A stretch of DNA of 64,000 bases from a virus (lineage: Duplodnaviria; Heunggongvirae; Uroviricota; Caudoviricetes): the IMG/VR virus record IMGVR_UViG_2823949316_000001, positions 5,531 to 69,530 of that record; one strand, 5' to 3'. The position numbers and the translations under genes are program-made. Below, piece by piece: positions 42,208 to 48,985 of this stretch; positions within the stretch are counted from its first letter, which is position 1; each line of letters begins with the position of its first letter. Below the pieces are notes generated by a model that was not told the DNA's origin, searched no databases, and was given only the letters and a program-made list of their open reading frames with translations.

Positions 42208-42705
42208 ATGACCGACCCACGTGAAATCGAAGGCAGCCCCGAGCGGGCAGCCGATCGCGGCCGAGCCGAAGACCTCGGCTTCAGCATGGATCCGCGCCCG
42301 TCCCTGGGGAACGTGGACGTGGTTCGCGGCCTGGTGTCCGAATTCGGCTCGGCGATCGTGGGTGTGCGCAAGGACTACCACGAGGACAAGCTGACCGGCG
42401 AGCAGGCCCAGGAGCGCGTTCGCGAGCTCGCCCGCGAGTACGGCGACATCATCCTCGGCCGCAGCGAGAAATACTTCGCGCTGCCCTGGAATGACCCTTC
42501 GCGCCTTGGTCGACGCATCAAGCTCGTAGTGCCGGCAGCCGAAGGCGTCAGCGACCCGGGCGAGCTGCTGTTCGTGACGATCGGCACAAGCCTGATGGCC
42601 ATCGGCAAGGCGCACGAGGAAGAGCGCCTGTCCGACGCAGATGCCGAGCGCCACACCAAGGACATGCTCGAAGACACGGCCAGCCTGATCCTGGGGCATC
42701 GCTGA
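42208..42705 (+). CDS. Hypothetical protein (165 aa) immediately downstream of the polyvalent protein; candidate immunity/chaperone partner
   Basis: ORF-track protein 35 nt after the 1295-aa gene. Stop overlaps the NUDIX gene start (TGATG). Confidence 0.55.
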   Translation: MTDPREIEGSPERAADRGRAEDLGFSMDPRPSLGNVDVVRGLVSEFGSAIVGVRKDYHEDKLTGEQAQERVRELAREYGDIILGRSEKYFALPWNDPSRLGRRIKLVVPAAEGVSDPGELLFVTIGTSLMAIGKAHEEERLSDADAERHTKDMLEDTASLILGHR

Positions 42706-43499
42706 TGGTGCAGGTACTGGCCAAGGCCCGGGTGAAGGGCTACGCGAAAAAGGACGGCACCTACGTCAAGCCGCATGACCGGAAGGAGGCGCCGGCCGCG
42801 GCGCGCCCCGAGCAGAAGCAGCTGCGCCTGCCTACCGAGACGGACGAGATTTTGCATCATCACCCCAAGGCCGGGGAGAACGGAGCCCAGGTCGTGTTGA
42901 AGAAGCCCAGCCACCCGAGCGCGCCCAGCACCTGGCACAGCCCGACCGCCGTGGCGACCTTCGTACCTGACGGCGACGTGCCGCTGTCGATCAACGGCGT
43001 CCGGCTCAGCCCCTGGAAGGATCACCCGACCACCAATGAGGGCTGGGATTACGTCGACGGCGTCAACGACGACCTCTGGGAGCCGGCATTCATCCTGCCA
43101 CCCGGTAAGAAGGCGGCCAGCGGCGTGGTCATCGAAGAGCCTGATGGGCGTGTGTGGTTGATCCACCCGACCAACCAGTTCGGCGGGTACCACGCCAGTT
43201 TCCCCAAGGGCACGGCCGAGCCGGAGCTGTCGCTGCAGGCGAACGCCATCAAGGAGGCGTTCGAGGAGTCAGGCCTGAAGGTCGAGATCACCGGCTTGCT
43301 GGGGGACTACGAAAGGACAACGTCTGTAGCTCGAATTTACACAGCCAGGCGCGTAGGCGGAACGCCAATTGCGATGGGCTGGGAGTCGCAAGCTGTCAGC
43401 CTTTGCCCTGTCGAACACCTCTATGAGCTGCTGAATGTTTGGGCTGATCACGGAATAGCTGAAGCGATCGGCGCCGGGCCGATACCGAAAGTAAAATGA
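42705..43499 (+). CDS. NUDIX hydrolase with basic N-terminal extension (264 aa)
   Basis: Nudix box GGYHASFPKGTAEPELSLQANAIKEAFEESGLKVEI (GX5EX7[RK]EuXEEXGu pattern, Lys in place of Arg). Confidence 0.7.
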   Translation: MVQVLAKARVKGYAKKDGTYVKPHDRKEAPAAARPEQKQLRLPTETDEILHHHPKAGENGAQVVLKKPSHPSAPSTWHSPTAVATFVPDGDVPLSINGVRLSPWKDHPTTNEGWDYVDGVNDDLWEPAFILPPGKKAASGVVIEEPDGRVWLIHPTNQFGGYHASFPKGTAEPELSLQANAIKEAFEESGLKVEITGLLGDYERTTSVARIYTARRVGGTPIAMGWESQAVSLCPVEHLYELLNVWADHGIAEAIGAGPIPKVK

Positions 43500-44137
43500 A
43501 CGTAGTCAGCCGAGCAGAAGCACGCGAGCAGGGCCTAAAGCGCTACTTTACTGGGGCGCCTTGCAAGCGCGGACACATCGATGAACGCTTCACTGCCTCT
43601 ACGAGATGCGTCTCGTGCAACGCGATCATCTGTGCCGGATGGAAAGCCGGGAACAAAGACCTGAAGGATGAGCTTGATCGCGAGTACCGGAGCAACAATC
43701 GCGAGAGGCAGAAGAAAAATTCGTCCGATTGGTACAGCCGGAACCGCGACCTCACCATTGAGAGAGCCCGCCAGCATGCCCAGAAGTCGCCGGAGGCTCA
43801 GGCAAAGAAGAAGCGGGAGTGGAAATTCAGGAATCCTGATAGCTCCACGTTTCACTCCGCACTGCGTCGAGCCAGGAAAAGCGCGGCAATGCCAGCCTGG
43901 TTCGGCGAGCTTGACGAGTTCGTATGGGATGAGGCTGCTGAGCTCGCCATCCTGAGACGCGCTGCTACTGACATCAGCTGGGCGGCTGATCACATGATCC
44001 CGCTAGCTTGCAAAAAGGCCTGTGGGCTGCACGTCTGGAATAACTGCCAGGTGATCCCTGCGTACCTGAATGGACGCAAGGGCAACAAGCTGATCCTCAC
44101 TGAGCCGGACGAATGGCTTGCACGTATAAGCAAGTAA
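43496..44137 (+). CDS. HNH endonuclease (213 aa)
   Basis: Cys-rich N-terminus. C-terminal ...AADHMIPLACKKACGLHVWNNCQVIPAYLNGRKGN (H-N-H/N). ATGA-coupled. GC content is lower than neighbours. Confidence 0.7.
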   Translation: MNVVSRAEAREQGLKRYFTGAPCKRGHIDERFTASTRCVSCNAIICAGWKAGNKDLKDELDREYRSNNRERQKKNSSDWYSRNRDLTIERARQHAQKSPEAQAKKKREWKFRNPDSSTFHSALRRARKSAAMPAWFGELDEFVWDEAAELAILRRAATDISWAADHMIPLACKKACGLHVWNNCQVIPAYLNGRKGNKLILTEPDEWLARISK

Positions 44138-44186
44138 ATAGCAAGTATTCACAAGTAATGGCGTGATGCAGTTGCCTACTTGCGCA

Positions 44187-44204
44187 ATTAATCAAATTTG
44201 ATAT
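44187..44204 (+). promoter_or_regulatory. Degenerate operator-family palindrome TTAATCAAATTTGATATA with flanking -35 TTGCGC / -10 TATACG-like elements
   Basis: Intergenic between the HNH gene and the gene at 44247. Same core (TCAAATTTGA) as the leftward operators. Confidence 0.4.
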
Positions 44205-44246
44205 ACGCTAGCCTCATTCCGCTCAACAACGAATGAGGCTTTCTGT

Positions 44247-44600
44247 ATGTGGATCTGTTTAAACAATGCTTTCCTGTCGATCATCGAGCCCGTCAAGGGC
44301 GGCGACAAGCTGCGCGTTCGCGCTCGCCGCAAGGGTGACATCGAGGCGGTCTTCCCGGGCGCCAAGGTCGAGCGCACCCCGGGCCGTGACTATCTCTACC
44401 GCGCCGAGCTGCCGCGCGAGCAGGTGGTCGCGGCCATCGCCAGCCAGGTGGCCGGCATCAGCTACCCGAACTTCAAGGACAGCGTGAAGAACAAGCCCCT
44501 GCACGATGCCTATGCCCGCTTCTGGGGCATCATGGCCAACCTGCAGGAGCTGCGCCCTTACTCGACCACCAAGCGCCGCGGCCAGGGAGCGTTCCTGTGA
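44247..44600 (+). CDS. Hypothetical protein (117 aa)
   Basis: ORF-track protein with GAGG RBS. Stop overlaps the MTase start (GTGA). Confidence 0.5.
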   Translation: MWICLNNAFLSIIEPVKGGDKLRVRARRKGDIEAVFPGAKVERTPGRDYLYRAELPREQVVAAIASQVAGISYPNFKDSVKNKPLHDAYARFWGIMANLQELRPYSTTKRRGQGAFL

Positions 44601-46246
44601 ACGCCGTCGTAGGCCAGGTGACTGGCGAAATCATCGAGGACGTGTCCGAGTTCTTCGCGCCGATGTCGGCTGACTTGGTGGACAGCCTGATCGGCCAGTA
44701 CAACGCCGCCCGCGGCAACGTCGAGGCCCTGGCGGCTGCCGTGCGCGCCGGCCAGAACGCCTCGGTGCTGCACTACTTTGTCGAGGGCAACGTGCGCGAA
44801 GAGCGCTACACCCTGCCGAAGACGGTCGAGGCCCTGTTCCGCACCGAGGGCGCCATCGCTCAGCTCAACGCCGACTTCTGGAACCGTGCGCTGCGCCTGA
44901 CCGACGTGCTCGACTACATGCCGCAGAAGCGCCGCGACGAGTGGTTCGAGCAGATCCGCAACCCGGAAGGGCGCAAGGCCGGCCGGCACACCAGCGACAC
45001 GGAGCTGCCGCCGCTGCCTGAGTTCGAGGAAGCCACTGTGCGCTCGACCCTGGCCGGCCTGCTGCACAACCGTGCCCAGTTCCTGGCCGAGCGTGTCGAC
45101 GGCATCTTCCGCGCGCTGAGCCGTGCCCACGTGACCAACCAGCCCCAGGGCTTTGGCAAGCGCATGATCATCGCCAACGTGTTCGGCTACCAGACCCACG
45201 GCCACATCAACGACCTGCGCTGCGTGATCGCCAAGTTCATGGGGCGCGACGAGCCGAAGCACGGTGCCACTGACCCAGTGATCAAGGCCGCCCGCCGCCA
45301 GAACGGCCAGTGGATGAACGTCGACGGTGGGGCTCTCCGGATCCGTGTTTATGGCGGCGTCGGTACCGCGCACCTCGAGGTGCACCCGGACATGGCCTGG
45401 CGCCTGAATGCCATCCTGGCCAGCCTGCACCCCCTCGCTATCCCGGCCGAGTTCCGCACCAAGCCGAAGCGCGTGAAGAAGATCAAGGACTTCGAGCTCT
45501 TCGACCGTCCGCTGCCGTTCGCGGTGATCCATCTGCTGGCAGGCATGCGCCAGGTTCGTGAGCGCATCGAACCAGCCTATCCGGAGCGCTACCGCGACGT
45601 GCCGAACGCGCTCAGCTGGGACTACGGCCAGCACGAGAAAGCGGCAATGGCGGAAGCCGAGAAGGTGCTGATGTCCATCGGCGCGGTGAAGGAGAAGCAC
45701 TACTGGCAGTTCGACTACAACCCGCAAGAGGTGCTTGATCAGGTGGTGTGCTCCGGCTGCATCCCCGACCACAAGTCGCACCAGTTCTACCCGACCCCGG
45801 CGTCAGTGGCCGAGAAGGCGATCGAGCTGGCCGAGATCCAGCCAGGGCATCAAGTGCTGGAGCCGAGCGCCGGCCAGGGTGGTCTGGCTGACCTGATCCC
45901 TGAACTTGCCTTCACCAGCTGCGTCGAGATCAGCCCGCTGCACTGCCAGATCCTCAAGGCCAAGGGCCACAACGTGATCGAGGCCGACTTCCTCAAGTGG
46001 CGCGGGATCGGCGCGTTCCACCGGGTGGTGATGAACCCGCCTTTCAGCGAGGGCCGCTGGCAGGCGCACCTGCAGCACGCCGCGACCATGCTCTACCCGG
46101 GCGGCCGTCTCGTCGCCATCCTGCCTGCCAGCGCCAAGGGCAAGCAGGTGCTGGAAGGCTTCGACCTGCAGTGGTCGCCGGTGATGGAGAACCAGTTCGC
46201 CGGAACGAGCGTGGACGTGGTGATCCTGACCGCTACCCGCCTGTAA
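44597..46246 (+). CDS. Gamma-class N6-adenine DNA methyltransferase fused to an N-terminal ~350-aa domain of unknown function (549 aa)
   Basis: C-terminal FYPTP ... VLEPSAGQGGL (motif I) ... VVMNPPFSEG (motif IV, NPPF) in gamma-class order. Confidence 0.8.
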   Translation: MNAVVGQVTGEIIEDVSEFFAPMSADLVDSLIGQYNAARGNVEALAAAVRAGQNASVLHYFVEGNVREERYTLPKTVEALFRTEGAIAQLNADFWNRALRLTDVLDYMPQKRRDEWFEQIRNPEGRKAGRHTSDTELPPLPEFEEATVRSTLAGLLHNRAQFLAERVDGIFRALSRAHVTNQPQGFGKRMIIANVFGYQTHGHINDLRCVIAKFMGRDEPKHGATDPVIKAARRQNGQWMNVDGGALRIRVYGGVGTAHLEVHPDMAWRLNAILASLHPLAIPAEFRTKPKRVKKIKDFELFDRPLPFAVIHLLAGMRQVRERIEPAYPERYRDVPNALSWDYGQHEKAAMAEAEKVLMSIGAVKEKHYWQFDYNPQEVLDQVVCSGCIPDHKSHQFYPTPASVAEKAIELAEIQPGHQVLEPSAGQGGLADLIPELAFTSCVEISPLHCQILKAKGHNVIEADFLKWRGIGAFHRVVMNPPFSEGRWQAHLQHAATMLYPGGRLVAILPASAKGKQVLEGFDLQWSPVMENQFAGTSVDVVILTATRL

Positions 46247-46249
46247 TGC

Positions 46250-46279
46250 TTGCTCATATCTGAGCAACACAGGTACAAT
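46250..46279 (+). promoter_or_regulatory. Sigma70-like promoter (-35 TTGCTC, 18-nt spacer, -10 TACAAT) overlapping the palindrome TTGCTCATATCTGAGCAA
   Basis: Directly after the MTase stop. Followed by a GCCGGGC-AAC-GCCCGGC hairpin, AGGGGAAAGGAAGGTG and the gene at 46327. Confidence 0.55.
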
Positions 46280-46326
46280 TCAGCCAACACAACAGAGCCG
46301 GGCAACGCCCGGCAGGGGAAAGGAAG

Positions 46327-46845
46327 GTGAAATTAGTAGAGTTGCTGGCACGGAAGCTGGGCGAGTGGCCTGATAGCTGCATGGTTATCGCCCAGGACTT
46401 AAGCGGCATAGTATTTCTTTGGAAGTATCAAGACATCGAGTTCGAGGGTAATGGGTGGCGTCACCGAACGAACATGGGTCTTTGTGATTTCGAGTATGAA
46501 ATCGGCCAGCACGAGACTTGCACTGACCACGCCACCGCCATCGTCACCCGCGAGCAGTGGCAGGCCGAGCGTGATCGACTGATCGCCAGCGGCGAAGAGC
46601 TGCCCACCCATCGCATCGTCGGTGACGCCAACGATGCCGAGGGCGCGCTGGCCGGCGCCCAGGCCGAGGCCGACACCTGGGAGCAGCGCGCCGTCAAAGA
46701 GGCAACCCGCGTCGTCGAGCTGGAGGCGGAGCGAGCCGATCTCGTAGCGGCACTGGAAGCCATTATCACCATTTCCGACCGCAAGCACGACGCATGGGAT
46801 CACGCCAAGGCGCTGATTGCCCGCGTCAAGGGCGGTGCGCAATGA
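46327..46845 (+). CDS. Hypothetical protein (172 aa) with a low-GC N-terminal domain and a C-terminal coiled coil ending ...VKGGAQ
   Basis: GTG start. The first ~200 nt are markedly AT-richer than the rest, suggesting a chimeric gene. Confidence 0.5.
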   Translation: MKLVELLARKLGEWPDSCMVIAQDLSGIVFLWKYQDIEFEGNGWRHRTNMGLCDFEYEIGQHETCTDHATAIVTREQWQAERDRLIASGEELPTHRIVGDANDAEGALAGAQAEADTWEQRAVKEATRVVELEAERADLVAALEAIITISDRKHDAWDHAKALIARVKGGAQ

Positions 46846-47138
46846 ACCATCATCTCCTGATCGGGCAGAAGCTCCAGCAGCTGCTGGATCTTGCCGAGCG
46901 CGCGCGGCAGAACACCGACCTGCTCAGCAACCACTTCGAGAGCAAAGTCCCGCAACGCCTGACCGACCACTTGGCAGCGCTGCTTGATCACCAGCAGAAG
47001 ATCATGGCAGCGGACGGTGGCGAGAGCGCCGGCGCCGACTACATGACGTCAATCGATGCTGATATCCGCAAGGTAAAGCACGCCCTCACCGCGTATGTTC
47101 CTGAAGCGGCGGGCCTGGTGAGCGGAGGTGCGCAATGA
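46842..47138 (+). CDS. Hypothetical protein (98 aa) ending ...SGGAQ
   Basis: ATGA-coupled in-frame ATG in ORF 46794..47138. Confidence 0.45.
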   Translation: MNHHLLIGQKLQQLLDLAERARQNTDLLSNHFESKVPQRLTDHLAALLDHQQKIMAADGGESAGADYMTSIDADIRKVKHALTAYVPEAAGLVSGGAQ

Positions 47139-47356
47139 GCATCATCGAGCAGATCGCCGGGCGACTGTTCGCCATCGAAATGCTGCGCAGCGTAGACGGC
47201 ATGCCGAAGTCGATGTTTGCCGATGGTGGCGGCCTGGACACCGTGGCGCGCAATCTGGAAGCCACTGCAGCGCGCTATCCCGCTGACTACGCCGCCGGCA
47301 TCCGCCAGGTGACCGGCCAGGTGCTCGCCAAGCTGGCGGCTGGGGGTGGGAAGTGA
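47135..47356 (+). CDS. Hypothetical protein (73 aa)
   Basis: ATGA-coupled. Confidence 0.4.
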   Translation: MSIIEQIAGRLFAIEMLRSVDGMPKSMFADGGGLDTVARNLEATAARYPADYAAGIRQVTGQVLAKLAAGGGK

Positions 47357-47712
47357 GCATCGTCAAGGTCAAAAAGGCTTTGGTCATCACCCTTGGTGCC
47401 GGGAGCGTGCTGGTCGGGCAGGCCGTCACGCGCCACCAGGCGGCACTGTGCTTCGTCCGGCCAGCAGAGTCGAAGGCGCCAGGAACGCCTGCGCCTGAGC
47501 TGGACAACACCATGCAGGTTGAGGATGTCGACGCAGCCATCGCCTTCCCGGACGTCCTGGCGATCGATCGCATGATCAACAACCTCACCCAGCTGCGCGC
47601 CGCCTTCGCGGAAGCCAGGAAGCAGCCGGCCAAATGCGTCGAGTGCGACGACGGCATGTGCGGCGGCACCGGCATCTACGAAGGCCGCAAGTGCGATGGG
47701 ATACCGTTCTGA
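47353..47712 (+). CDS. Hypothetical protein (119 aa) with C-terminal CVECDDGMCGG...C zinc-binding-like motif
   Basis: GTGA-coupled. Confidence 0.4.
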   Translation: MSIVKVKKALVITLGAGSVLVGQAVTRHQAALCFVRPAESKAPGTPAPELDNTMQVEDVDAAIAFPDVLAIDRMINNLTQLRAAFAEARKQPAKCVECDDGMCGGTGIYEGRKCDGIPF

Positions 47713-48089
47713 TGGGCTGTGTCATCGAAGGGGAGCGCTGTACTCGATGCTGCGAAGCAATCACTCTGAAAATGAGCCGGTCGCAACTTCTGGCTCATCC
47801 ATCTTCAGATGCCCAGTTCATCCGCGAGCACTGGAAGCCGATCAGTAAGCGTAGGGCGAAGAAGAAAAACCCTTACCTGTTTCAGCGGCACCCGCGCCTG
47901 CAATCTGCAAAGGCATGGCGCCTGTACCACTGCACGGCTCTGACAAGTGAGGGATGCGGAAAGTACGAGGATCGTCCGGCGGTGTGCAGCGGTTACCCTC
48001 TGTATGGGGCGGGCGGCCTGCACAGCAGGCCTGACTATCACCCGCAGTGCGTGGAGTGGAAAATGATCGACGTGGTGCAGAATCCCTGA
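47712..48089 (+). CDS. YkgJ-like cysteine-cluster protein (125 aa; CTRCCEAI...C...C)
   Basis: TGATG-coupled in-frame ATG in ORF 47634..48089. The 5' half is lower GC. Confidence 0.45.
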   Translation: MGCVIEGERCTRCCEAITLKMSRSQLLAHPSSDAQFIREHWKPISKRRAKKKNPYLFQRHPRLQSAKAWRLYHCTALTSEGCGKYEDRPAVCSGYPLYGAGGLHSRPDYHPQCVEWKMIDVVQNP

Positions 48090-48154
48090 TCCCAAAGCAG
48101 GGCATCAACACCGCCTCACCCTCGGTGCAGTAAGGCTGCAGTGGTGAGGCGAAA

Positions 48155-48178
48155 ACTTCGGGCGCGTATAGGGCGCTC
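48155..48178 (+). repeat. TTCGGGCGC-N5-GGGCGC family motif, copy 9 (ACTTCGGGCGCGTATAGGGCGCTC)
   Basis: Follows a long CGCCTCACC...GGTGAGGCG hairpin (48112-48151). Upstream of the phosphatase gene. Confidence 0.5.
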
Positions 48179-48206
48179 CAGCAAACAGCCCGGGAGGGCA
48201 GAAAGG

Positions 48207-48932
48207 ATGTCGGCTCCACCACTTCTCAAGCGTTTCCCCGCCAACACAGTCGGTCGCGATTTCGCGGTCGGCGATATCCACGGCCATTTCACCCGCCTGC
48301 AGGCCGCCCTGGACGCAATCGGCTTCGACCCTGCCGTCGATCGCCTGTTCTCGGTCGGCGACCTGGTCGACCGCGGGCCAGAGTGCGAGGAGGTGATCAA
48401 GTGGCTGAACAAGCCCTGGTTCCACCCCGTGCGCGGCAACCATGACGACTACGTGTGCCGGTACGACACGTGCGACATCGGCAACTGGCTGCACAACGGC
48501 GGCTCCTGGTTCCTGGGTCTGCCCAGCCTGGAGCAGGCCAACTACCAAGTCATGTTCAACGAGCTGCCGATCGCCATCGAGGTCGAGACGCCGGAAGGCC
48601 TGGTCGGCCTGTTGCATGCCGACTGCCCATTCCCATCCTGGTTCGAGCTCCAGTTCGAGCTGACTGGTGCGACCGAGCACAAGCGCCTCAAGTTGGTGAA
48701 GAACACCTGCATGTGGTCGCGCAACCGCATCGAGTTCGGCGATGCCAGCGGCGTTGCGGACGTCCGCGCGGTAGTCTGCGGCCACACGCCAGTGCGGCAG
48801 CCTGTTGTTCTCGGCAACGTGTACCACATCGACACCGGCGGCTGGTTCCCGGACGAGAGCGGGCACTTCACGCTGCTCGACCTGCAGACGCTGGCGGCAA
48901 CACCACCGATCCCTGCGAAGCTGGAGTGGTGA
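48207..48932 (+). CDS. Lambda-type Ser/Thr protein phosphatase (PPP family), 241 aa
   Basis: GDIHGHF, GDLVDRGPE, RGNHDD, GHT motifs in order. In-frame ATG (MSAPPLLKRF...) in ORF 48141..48932 with GGCAGAAAGG RBS. Confidence 0.8.
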   Translation: MSAPPLLKRFPANTVGRDFAVGDIHGHFTRLQAALDAIGFDPAVDRLFSVGDLVDRGPECEEVIKWLNKPWFHPVRGNHDDYVCRYDTCDIGNWLHNGGSWFLGLPSLEQANYQVMFNELPIAIEVETPEGLVGLLHADCPFPSWFELQFELTGATEHKRLKLVKNTCMWSRNRIEFGDASGVADVRAVVCGHTPVRQPVVLGNVYHIDTGGWFPDESGHFTLLDLQTLAATPPIPAKLEW

Positions 48933-48938
48933 CACCAA

Positions 48939-48958
48939 CCCCGCTACGGCGGGGTTTT
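48939..48958 (+). terminator. Rho-independent terminator (CCCCGC-TACG-GCGGGG + TTTTCC) directly upstream of the terminase gene
   Basis: Perfect 6-bp GC stem + T4. Confidence 0.55.
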
Positions 48959-48970
48959 CCGTTGTCGTGA

Positions 48971-48984
48971 CTGCAAAATTGCAG
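48971..48984 (+). promoter_or_regulatory. Perfect 14-bp palindrome CTGCAAAATTGCAG occupying the RBS position 1 nt upstream of the terminase ATG
   Basis: No recognisable SD; the palindrome lies where the SD would be expected. Confidence 0.4.
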
Positions 48985-48985
48985 C

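Noticed and set aside
18935-48178. Interpretation of the 20-bp GGGCGC-N5-GGGCGC motif as a host REP/ERIC-type repetitive extragenic element
   Set aside because: All nine copies share one orientation. They are confined to phage intergenic sites right after terminator hairpins and before discrete gene units, which fits a regulatory role better. A host-genome scan is required to fully exclude the REP hypothesis.
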